Positions 5,741 through 14,194 of a stretch of 64,000 bases of DNA are shown piece after piece. A model generated the notes under the pieces. That model made no database searches, was not told the origin of the DNA, and saw only the letters and a program-made list of their open reading frames with translations. Source of the stretch: an uncultured virus (IMG/VR IMGVR_UViG_3300028797_000153) (lineage: Duplodnaviria; Heunggongvirae; Uroviricota; Caudoviricetes); IMG/VR virus record IMGVR_UViG_3300028797_000153, one strand, 5' to 3'. The position numbers were made by a program, and so were the translations under genes. The first letter of the stretch is position 1, and each line of letters opens with the position of its first letter.

Positions 5741-5827
5741 GGAGGGTTGTGATAATTGGTAGTCGGGCTGTCTTGAAAACAGTTGGGTCGCAAGGCCTTT
5801 AGGGTTCGAGTCCCTAACCCTCCGCCA
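5741..5827 (+). tRNA. tRNA-Ser(TGA)
   Basis: Long variable arm, loop CTTGAAA. Confidence 0.92.
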
Positions 5828-5908
5828 TATAAAAGTTTATTAAAAAATCATATTAAAAGTATGGTTTTTTTCTTTTTATAACTGTATAATATTACGAGGT
5901 GTTTTATT

Positions 5909-6346
5909 ATGGGATTAGATCAATATTTAAGAGCAAAAACAACTAAAAGAGAGTATCAAGGTGCTACTGGTGCTTGTAGTGGCCTTTTTGGTTTGGCACC
6001 AGATGATGAAGGAATGGTTGAAATTGGTTATTGGAGAAAAGCTTATGACCAAGATAACCTTATTTCAAGATATGCTGAAGCTGATAATGGTTGTAATAAT
6101 AGATTAATTAAAAAAGAAGATATTGATAGTATTATTAAAGAAGCTAAACATATTCTTAAAACACATAAGTTTGATAAAGAAGATGGCTTTGATATTACAG
6201 AAAGTACAGAAATTGAAGATTTTATTTCATATAGTACTTGGCAAAGTAAAAGAAAGTGGAAAGATACTATTAGGTTTTTTACAGATGCTAAAACAATTTT
6301 AAAAGAAGATCCAGAAGCAGAGATTTATTACTGCACTTGGTATTAG
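5909..6346 (+). CDS. Conserved phage hypothetical protein
   Basis: MGLDQYL ... EIGYWRK ... IYYCTW pattern; GAGG RBS. Confidence 0.8.
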   Translation: MGLDQYLRAKTTKREYQGATGACSGLFGLAPDDEGMVEIGYWRKAYDQDNLISRYAEADNGCNNRLIKKEDIDSIIKEAKHILKTHKFDKEDGFDITESTEIEDFISYSTWQSKRKWKDTIRFFTDAKTILKEDPEAEIYYCTWY

Positions 6347-6355
6347 GAGTAATTT

Positions 6356-7291
6356 ATGGTTAAAGATGCATTAGGCGATAGAATGAAAGAATACTACGAA
6401 GGAGTTACTAAAACTAAGCTTGTTCGTAGAATGCCTGTTATTATTAGATTAGATGGTTGCCATTTCCATACTTTTACGCGTGGTTTTAGAAAACCTTTTG
6501 ATGAACTTCTTAATAAAACTATGCAAGCAACTATGAAATATCTTTGTGAAAACATCCAGGGAGTAGTTTTAGGATATACACAATCAGATGAAATTACTTT
6601 AATTTTGGTTGATTATGCTAAACTTGAAACATCTGCCTGGTTTGATTATGAAATCCAAAAGATTGTTTCAGTTAGTGCTGCTCTTGCTACATATGCTTTT
6701 AATAAATATTTTAATGAATTTTATCTTTATCAACTTGCTGAAAAATGTGGGGAAACAGATGAATTTGATTTAGTTTATGATAGAGCTCGTAAAAAAGGTG
6801 CTTACTTTGATAGCCGTGCTTTTAATATTCCGAAAGAAGAAGTTACTAATTGTGTTTTATGGCGACAACTTGATGCTGAAAGAAACTCAGTTAACTCATT
6901 AGGGCAAAGCTTATTCCCACATAAAGCTCTTCAAGGATTAAGTTGTAAAGCCCTTAAAGCTAAAATTGAAGAAGAAAAAGGCATTGTTTGGGGCAATCTT
7001 CCTACCGAACAAAAACGTGGAACTTGTTGCATTAAAAACAGGACTTATACTCTTCCTGATGGCCAAGTAGTTAAAGAAAAAGAATATATTAATTATAAAG
7101 GCCACTTTGGAACTTTCTATTTTGATGGTGATGGTTATTATTTCTTTTATAGGGACAATGAATCATATGAAGTCAAAAGCATTAAGCTTGAAGTAAAAGA
7201 GCATGCTGAATGGGTTATTGATAAAGATATTCCAAGATTTATTGATAGCGGCCGTGAATATATTGAAAAACTTATTAATGTAGGAGAATAA
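6356..7291 (+). CDS. Thg1-like (tRNA-His guanylyltransferase / 3'-5' polymerase) protein
   Basis: IIRLDGCHFHTFT, GYTQSDEI, FDSRAF, WRQLDAERNS motifs. Confidence 0.92.
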   Translation: MVKDALGDRMKEYYEGVTKTKLVRRMPVIIRLDGCHFHTFTRGFRKPFDELLNKTMQATMKYLCENIQGVVLGYTQSDEITLILVDYAKLETSAWFDYEIQKIVSVSAALATYAFNKYFNEFYLYQLAEKCGETDEFDLVYDRARKKGAYFDSRAFNIPKEEVTNCVLWRQLDAERNSVNSLGQSLFPHKALQGLSCKALKAKIEEEKGIVWGNLPTEQKRGTCCIKNRTYTLPDGQVVKEKEYINYKGHFGTFYFDGDGYYFFYRDNESYEVKSIKLEVKEHAEWVIDKDIPRFIDSGREYIEKLINVGE

Positions 7292-7294
7292 TCT

Positions 7295-7513
7295 ATGGAA
7301 GATAATGTTATAAGAGTTGAATCATCAGTTTCATTTGGAACACTTAGCTGGATTGTTTGGGTAGTGTTTATGATTTTATATTATGGAACAGGAACAATTG
7401 CTCATTGGCCAGTTTTTTGGATTTGGTTTCCATTCTGGCTCCCACTTGCTATTGGTGGTTTAGGTTTATTACTTTGGCTTATATTATTTATTATTATTAA
7501 AGTAACAGAATAG
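7295..7513 (+). CDS. Small two-TM membrane protein
   Basis: Hydrophobic, W-rich, 72 aa. Confidence 0.75.
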   Translation: MEDNVIRVESSVSFGTLSWIVWVVFMILYYGTGTIAHWPVFWIWFPFWLPLAIGGLGLLLWLILFIIIKVTE

Positions 7514-7521
7514 GTAAAAAT

Positions 7522-8121
7522 ATGGCATTATTAAAACATTTACATACAGTTGGTAAACATAGAAGATACGTTAGAAGTATGTGCTTTAAAATGGGTATTC
7601 CATGGCAAGGCTTAGTTCATGATCTTTCCAAATATTCAATTAAAGAATTAAGTATAGCAAAATATTACACAGGAACAAAGAGCCCACATGCAGCTTGTCG
7701 TGAATTAAAGGGATATAGCCCAAGCTGGATGCATCATTATCATAAAAATAAACATCATTGGCAATTTTGGCTTGATATAGAAGATTGGCCAAATAATGTA
7801 GTTCCAGTTAAAATGCCTTATAAATATGTTATTGAAAGCTTCTGTGATATGGTTGGAGCAAGTAAAGCATATAATCCAAAAAGTTGGAATGAAAGTATGC
7901 CTTGGGATTATTATGAGCAAAAATGTGCAGGTAATCGCCTCATGCACAAAGAATCTGAATACTTGCTTGCGAAACTACTTTGGAATCTTAAAATCCACGG
8001 ACAAAAGAAATTTATAAAGTGGTATAAAGGCGCTAAAAAATATCTAAAAGAAAATTATATAAATGGCTCATTAGAATTTAATGATAATGAAACTTCTATC
8101 TACTTTGAAATAAGAGCTTAA
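7522..8121 (+). CDS. DUF5662-like HD-fold protein
   Basis: HDLSKYS, WMHHYHKNKHHW, MPYKYVIESFCD motifs. Confidence 0.75.
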   Translation: MALLKHLHTVGKHRRYVRSMCFKMGIPWQGLVHDLSKYSIKELSIAKYYTGTKSPHAACRELKGYSPSWMHHYHKNKHHWQFWLDIEDWPNNVVPVKMPYKYVIESFCDMVGASKAYNPKSWNESMPWDYYEQKCAGNRLMHKESEYLLAKLLWNLKIHGQKKFIKWYKGAKKYLKENYINGSLEFNDNETSIYFEIRA

Positions 8122-8251
8122 AAAGGTTGGTTTTATATACCAGCCTTTTTATTTTATTTAAAACAACTAATTATAATAAAAACTGATAAAAAGGTATGCA
8201 AATTAAGCATATCTTTTTTTATTTATTGTATAATATATATGAGGTTTTAAT

Positions 8252-9094
8252 ATGGAAAAAGCTATTGTAGAATTTGGAAAAAGAATGGATGCTGCTGAAG
8301 ATAAGGCTTTACTTGTTGATTATGCTGAAGGCGCAACAAGAGTTTTAGATTTAGGAGCTGGTACTGGTAAGATTTCACGTGATATTGCCGAAAAATGGGG
8401 GGCTCATTGTGATGCAGTTGATATTCAGTTTAAAGATAATTGTCAAAATACAGATAAAGTTACTTACTATGGTATGAGTATTATAGACTTTCTTAGAACA
8501 TATAGTAATAAAAAATATGATTGTATTATTTTGTCTGCTATTTTACATGAATTAGATGCTCACACACTTAACTTTTTGAAAGAATATCTACCAATTATGA
8601 TGATGAAGAACTGTAGAATTCTTATTCGTGAGCCATTTTATGACAGTGCTTTAGGCCCAGTTCAAAAAGAAAATGCAGAAAAGTTTATTGACTTAGTTTC
8701 TAAAAATGTTTCTGCTGATAAAGCCTTTGAATTTTATTTTGCTACAAAGTTAAGTTTAGGTTGCAGTTTATTTAGCCGCCAGATTAACTTTGCTTCATCA
8801 GTAGATTGGGCTAACCTTGCATTTACTATTTCATATGGTGAACAAAGCTGGGAACGTGAAAAACATGAGTTTAGATATGCTTATAGTTTAGACTGGTGTA
8901 AAGATTTCTTCAATTTTACTAATAAAGAATTCCATGATAGTGTAGTTAGACCATTTACAGGTTTTCAAGTTTATCCAGTTTTAGATAGAACATATAAACA
9001 ACATTTTATTAATGTAGGTATTCCAGGTGAAGCTTTTGATTTAATTCAATATACTGGAATGATTGTAATTATTGACTATTCTAAAGGGGAATAA
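8252..9094 (+). CDS. Class I SAM-dependent methyltransferase
   Basis: VLDLGAGTG, YDCIILSAILHE. Confidence 0.85.
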   Translation: MEKAIVEFGKRMDAAEDKALLVDYAEGATRVLDLGAGTGKISRDIAEKWGAHCDAVDIQFKDNCQNTDKVTYYGMSIIDFLRTYSNKKYDCIILSAILHELDAHTLNFLKEYLPIMMMKNCRILIREPFYDSALGPVQKENAEKFIDLVSKNVSADKAFEFYFATKLSLGCSLFSRQINFASSVDWANLAFTISYGEQSWEREKHEFRYAYSLDWCKDFFNFTNKEFHDSVVRPFTGFQVYPVLDRTYKQHFINVGIPGEAFDLIQYTGMIVIIDYSKGE

Positions 9095-9095
9095 T

Positions 9096-9536
9096 ATGAA
9101 AAGATTAACACCAGAAGAAATAAAATTTGTAAAAGAAACTAAATTTACTCCAACAGTTTATCAATGTGATCAATATTATTTAACTTCATTTGATGACTAC
9201 ACTGACGCTGCTAAAGTTGCTAAAGAGAAGTATGGTGTAGATTTAGATAAATTTATTGCTAAGAATATTGCAGCAAGTTTAAATGATGCTGATGCCATTT
9301 CTTTAGATTATGTTGCTATTTATTTATTATATAGCTTCTTCACAAAAGATGAACTTGAAAAAATGACACCTAAAGAAGCTCTTAGCTGGCTTATGGAGTA
9401 TAGATATTATTTCGGGTTTAGAAAATGGGCTGAACAAGATGCAGCTAATGCTATTTATGATGCTATTGCTATTTATGATGGTGCTGCAGAGTTCTATGAT
9501 CAGCCAGATGGAAATGTTTGGTGTCGTGAAAAATAA
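9096..9536 (+). CDS. Hypothetical protein
   Basis: AAGGGG RBS before ATG 9096. Confidence 0.75.
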   Translation: MKRLTPEEIKFVKETKFTPTVYQCDQYYLTSFDDYTDAAKVAKEKYGVDLDKFIAKNIAASLNDADAISLDYVAIYLLYSFFTKDELEKMTPKEALSWLMEYRYYFGFRKWAEQDAANAIYDAIAIYDGAAEFYDQPDGNVWCREK

Positions 9537-9618
9537 TTTTTTTTGAAAAATTTTAAAATTTATTAGCTAAAATAATAATCAGCAGGAAAAAATAAATTTT
9601 CTGCTGTATAATATATAG

Positions 9619-10780
9619 CTAGTTACGCAGAAATGCGTTTCTATATATAAGATATATTAAGGCCAGACCCGACATGTTGAAATATCTAGGATGAGGTCGC
9701 CAATACAGCCTTAATATATATCCGGACTTATAGCCAGTAAGCCATATGACTAGACATGAGCTTACTCTTGAAAAGGCACAACGGGGTTTGGCAAGTAATA
9801 TCCACAACTAGTTATTAAAACTTGCTGGGCAAAAATAAGCATAAGTCCATTAACAACGAGGGCACGTTGTAAAATAACGAGTTTAGCCGAGTCTTATAGA
9901 CGGTATGGAGTCTGATATAAACCCATGCAACCCACATTCTTTATAGGAGGTATGGAACGCTAGAATAAATACTTTGGGATCTAGCTTATCTGGCCGGCCC
10001 AATGGTTAGTTTGGGGTGCAACTCCTCAACTGGTCTCAAAACACCCATGCAGCAGTAACCAGGGTGAATACTAGAACGTCAAAACGTGAAAGAGCCTGCT
10101 GCATTTAGAGAGTCGGAGTATTTACCGGCTGCGGGTTCGCCCGCTTCTTATTAGAGCTTAAAAAGCACTTGCACCATTATGAACTTCCGAGAAAGCAGAA
10201 GGTGAAGCTGACGAAAAGCCTAAGCGTCTATAAATAAAGTTTATTGGTAAATTTATGAAAACATAGGGTACTCACACCGAATGTTTCTTGCAGCAATGCG
10301 CTTAACTGGTGGGTTGGGGTTAAAGTTGTCTACCAATGTGAGAAAAACAACTGCTCCCTTGGCTAATTTAGTCCGGTAGGGAGATAATATAAGTTTAGGT
10401 GGCCCAGGAGGTATTTATTATTCCCCTCTCCCCAGAAACATAGTGAGGTCACCAGCCTATAATCAGGTATAGCAATGGCACCTGGATGCTATTATCAAAT
10501 AGCATAACTTACGAGGCCGCTTTATGCCGCCGCCCTATTGAGTTTCAACTCTGATAGGTCCAGAGGACGCCGAACGAAAGTTCTACTCCCGAAGAGACGA
10601 CCTAAGCATGTCCTTAAACTGCTTATTATAGAAGGAAAACTATACAACCCGTATGCACCCACTACTACGTTAATAAATGGGTATATTTATTTCCCGGTCC
10701 CTTAACGGCAGTTTCCAGTTTCTGTGAAACTAAATAATATAAGGACTGCAGGCAAATGAAGCAATTCACACTACCTGCTT
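9619..10780 (+). ncRNA. Cluster of small structured RNAs (unidentified)
   Basis: No credible ORF, GC-richer than coding DNA, successive self-closing stems, promoter at 9605. Confidence 0.6.
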
Positions 10781-10782
10781 AT

Positions 10783-11380
10783 TAGTTCCACCACCTGGTA
10801 CTGAATGTTGTTTGATAGTGAGCTGTGGTCAATATAAAAATATTGCAAGAGAAAGACGGCATAACAGCAATAACACAAAATAATCCGTCTCTCATTAATA
10901 TGTGTGTATCTATCAAGTAAGTGGACTACCTCAGCCTATTAAACGTCAGTTTAGCCTAAAGCTATTAATTAATAGGTAATTAACCAAGATTAAAATTGCG
11001 AAAACACTTATAGAAATATAAGCTACTTGGTATAGAGAGTGATAAAGCCAGGGAACTCCAGCCGTTATGGTTGCAAGGAGGGTTGAGCCTCCCGTCTGTT
11101 AATCGAAAAAGCCGGACTTCGCTAGTCTTGACGTTAAAGAACATCGATTCCGTTATAGTGTCTGGTAAAACTACAAAGAGAGCACAGGAGTTATACGTCG
11201 ATAGCCCATTTAGAGCGTTTGTGGGAATTGGGTAAGAAACTAACCGTGGAAATGTGCAGAGTCGGTGAAAACGTATATCCCAAGGCAATGTAAGAATTAT
11301 AGTAGGCCAGCCTGGCTGTTGATCATAGTTCTCGGGTAACGTTGTCCCTGTTCACAATGTCTTGTACTAACATTGTTTTT
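10783..11380 (+). ncRNA. Large ROOL/GOLLD-like ncRNA candidate, apparently circularly permuted
   Basis: ~600 nt with multiple stems and pseudoknots; blocks CTGAATG, ATGTGTGTATC, CTCAGCCT, GTGGAAATGTGCAG resemble ROOL as I recall it. Confidence 0.45.
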
Positions 11381-11475
11381 CTAATAAAATATAATAGGAT
11401 TTATATCCATGGCGATAAATCGTAAATCCTGGTTGCCTTCAAGTCCGAAATGACGTTAAACTATGGAGGTATAGA

Positions 11476-11706
11476 ATGTTAGGATTTACACTTTATGGAA
11501 CAACAGATGTTCCACATGAATATTACGTTTATGCTGATGGTGTAGATTGTAAACCAGCTTACTTCTTAACTAGAAAAGAAGCCGAAATCTACATGAATAA
11601 TTATGCTTCTTCACATGGTATTCAATTAGAATGCACTGAATGTGATAAGCATGAGCGTAAATATTCTAATCATAAGGGTGTTAGATTTTATATTAATAGA
11701 ATTTAA
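11476..11706 (+). CDS. Hypothetical protein
   Basis: GGAGG RBS, 76 aa. Confidence 0.7.
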   Translation: MLGFTLYGTTDVPHEYYVYADGVDCKPAYFLTRKEAEIYMNNYASSHGIQLECTECDKHERKYSNHKGVRFYINRI

Positions 11707-11736
11707 TGCCCTTAACAATTCATTTATAATTAGAAG

Positions 11737-11936
11737 AGATTCTAAATAATATTTACCTGAGCAGTACGACTTATGCCTGAAACCTGATATAAAGGAATCT
11801 TGGGTATGTCAGAAACAACTGACTATGACATAAGCAAAAAGGGCGGAAACTATACTTATTTCTTCAGTGCTTTAGAACAAATGATCTAAAAAGAAATAGG
11901 CTGCAAGTTAGTTAGTTCAAATATTATTTAGAATCT
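11737..11936 (+). ncRNA. ~200 nt RNA closed by a perfect 18-bp stem, containing Y-RNA-like module 7 (11845-11918)
   Basis: AGATTCTAAATAATATTT/AAATATTATTTAGAATCT; AACTA-T-ACT-TATTTCT ... AGT-TAGTT. Confidence 0.65.
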
Positions 11937-12012
11937 TTTTTATTTTTTTATTTACTTTTAAAATTTTTATTGTATAATATTAATGTGGATGAAAACTGAA
12001 AGGATCCACAAT

Positions 12013-12067
12013 AGAGCCGATACTTATTTCTGGTTATTTATAAGAATGTGTTAAAAACAGTTCGGCC
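12013..12067 (+). ncRNA. Y-RNA-like module 8 in the leader of the TerD-fusion gene
   Basis: GCCGA-T-ACT-TATTTCT ... AGT-TCGGC. Confidence 0.75.
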
Positions 12068-12074
12068 AAGTAAT

Positions 12075-12136
12075 TAAACAGCTTTTAATGTGTTAATACT
12101 TGGGGTAACTAGCATATTAAAGGCTGTTTATTTTTT
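12075..12136 (+). terminator. Leader terminator upstream of gene 12148
   Basis: 21-bp stem + TTTTTT immediately before the GGAGG RBS. Confidence 0.8.
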
Positions 12137-12147
12137 CGGAGGTCATT

Positions 12148-14121
12148 ATGACAAACATTCAAAAAATCTTAATTTCTAGACATTACTTACTTGCAGCTCC
12201 AATTGCTGAAGAAGATAAAGTAAAAGTTGCATATTATAATGCATATCTTTTAGCTAACTTTGGTATTGTAGTTGATAAGCCACAACGTTTAAGCGATATT
12301 AGCGTTAAAGAAATTGCTGATGTTTATAAGCTTAGTGTTCCAGCATCTTTCTACAAAAACCCACAAGATACTAAATATTTTTCTTGTGCAGAATTACTTA
12401 TTGAACAATTAGTTTCTTACTTTTTAGTTGAAACTGGCACAGGTATCTATAATAGAGTCGAGATCTTTGAAAAGAATCTCCCTGAATATAAGCAAGGTGA
12501 TGAACTTAAACTTCGTGAGTTCAAGATTTTAACTGCAGAAGAAGCTGATGTTGTTTTAGCTGATATTGCTAAAGCATACTGTGCTTATACTCGCCCATGG
12601 GCTCTTGATGAAGAAGAAGAATTTATCTGGTTATTTGAACATGGTTATTATCAAAACTTTGAAGTCGCATGTGGTGATAATGCTATTAAATTACTTGAAA
12701 AAGATGCTTCTTTTGCACGCTTTTTATTCAAAAAAGATTTAGTTAAGATTTCAGTTACTCGCTGCGGTGAAAAATCTAAACTTATGCTTGATGCTAAAAC
12801 AGCTGACCTTATTAGAGCAGCTATTCCTTATGTTAAGGATTGCCCAATGTCTAAAAAGCAAGCTAAGTATTTTAATACTTTAATTGCTAAAGTTGGTGCA
12901 CAAGGCAAAGTTAAAGAAGCCTCTAATGCTCGTTCACCATATAAAGCAGCTCAAGAAGCCCTTAATAAAGGTGATGTTTTAGGTGCAGCTAAGATTTATG
13001 CAGCTAATGGTTCTCTTTTAGAAAGAAACTTAAAGATGCTTATTTCAAGAGCTGACCCACAAACAGCTTTAGATATTTTAGGCTTACTTAAAGCTAAAAA
13101 TCCACTTGTTCTTTTCCAAATTATGTCCACATTAATGGCTGATAATGGGGAAGCTCGTACCTTTACATTTACTAAAAATAGATTAGTCAAACATCATATT
13201 GAAACTGAATATGAACATACTTGGCGTAAATCTAAGTTAAATGATGCCACAAGAAAGCTTATTCATGATGCTTGCCTTGTTAAAATTGAAGAGGGCTATC
13301 GTGCCTTTGATTCTTTAGGCAAAGTCTATATTTCACCAGATTTCTTCAAGATTGGTGTCCCAGTTAATACATCAGCTACTGGTAAAGGTATTGATGTATT
13401 ACCAACAAGCTCTAGACTTCCACTTCCAACAAATAAAGTTCGTACTTTCGTTTATTGGAAAGATGCATTTGATATTGATGCTTCCTTAATTTTTGTTGAT
13501 AATGTTGGCAAATTAAGCTACATGTATTTCGGCAACTATTCTGGAAAACCATTTGGTCATGATGTCCTATTTTCTGGCGATAATAGAAATCATACTGGCT
13601 CTGAATATTATGATATTGATGTTGAAGCTCTTCATAGAAGAGGCATTAGATATGTAATTCAAGCTTTCCATGGCTTCTGCTCTAATTTAAACCAAGGCGA
13701 AATTTATTGTGGTTATCAAAATAAAGAAAACTTTAATACACAAGCCTGGGACCCAAAAAACATTGAATTAAAAATTCATGTTAAGGGTGATACAAGAGCA
13801 TTTATGGCTTTTGCCTTAGATTTAGCAACTAATGAAGTTGTTATCTTAAATCAACTTTTAGACGAAGAATTAAGAGTTGTTAACGGTAAGAACTTTGCTC
13901 CAATTGCTAAGTTACTTGACCCAGCTCAACTTGAATTAAATGCTGGCTTAATTGCTTCATTTAGAGCAAGTGAAGTTGTTGCTACACCAGAAGAAGCTGA
14001 TGTTGTATTTGATGCTAATTTCAAACCAGAAATAGCTGAAGATGGCACTGCAATTCAAAAAGTTGTTAGACCATTTGAAGTTGAAAAGATTGTTGCATTA
14101 GCTAATGGTGCAAATATTTAA
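12148..14121 (+). CDS. Helical N-terminal region + TerD domain protein; probable Ro/TROVE(Rot)-TerD RNA-binding protein
   Basis: C-terminal YWKDAFDIDAS, FSGD, SEYYDID TerD-like motifs; long helical N-terminus; flanked by Y-like RNAs. Confidence 0.6.
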   Translation: MTNIQKILISRHYLLAAPIAEEDKVKVAYYNAYLLANFGIVVDKPQRLSDISVKEIADVYKLSVPASFYKNPQDTKYFSCAELLIEQLVSYFLVETGTGIYNRVEIFEKNLPEYKQGDELKLREFKILTAEEADVVLADIAKAYCAYTRPWALDEEEEFIWLFEHGYYQNFEVACGDNAIKLLEKDASFARFLFKKDLVKISVTRCGEKSKLMLDAKTADLIRAAIPYVKDCPMSKKQAKYFNTLIAKVGAQGKVKEASNARSPYKAAQEALNKGDVLGAAKIYAANGSLLERNLKMLISRADPQTALDILGLLKAKNPLVLFQIMSTLMADNGEARTFTFTKNRLVKHHIETEYEHTWRKSKLNDATRKLIHDACLVKIEEGYRAFDSLGKVYISPDFFKIGVPVNTSATGKGIDVLPTSSRLPLPTNKVRTFVYWKDAFDIDASLIFVDNVGKLSYMYFGNYSGKPFGHDVLFSGDNRNHTGSEYYDIDVEALHRRGIRYVIQAFHGFCSNLNQGEIYCGYQNKENFNTQAWDPKNIELKIHVKGDTRAFMAFALDLATNEVVILNQLLDEELRVVNGKNFAPIAKLLDPAQLELNAGLIASFRASEVVATPEEADVVFDANFKPEIAEDGTAIQKVVRPFEVEKIVALANGANI

Positions 14122-14194
14122 TCGGCTTTAAAAAATTATTATAAAAGTAGCATTAATTTGCTACTTTTTATTTTAAAAAGCTGTATATTATATT

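Noticed and set aside
11..5827. tRNA-trailing HDV-like (theta) ribozymes and a UGA suppressor tRNA
   Set aside because: tRNAs are followed by short spacers or Y-like modules with no HDV-like core seen; the only TGA-anticodon tRNA is an ordinary Ser and no TCA anticodon is present in the window.
10185..10235. Hammerhead- or pistol-like words (CTGACGA, AAGCCTAAGCG)
   Set aside because: I could not build the required stem II or P1 pseudoknot partner.
9619..11470. tmRNA, RNase P RNA or a group I/II intron in the non-coding island
   Set aside because: No tmRNA termini with a tag ORF, no RNase P P4 signature and no interrupted gene recognised; needs cmscan to exclude formally.
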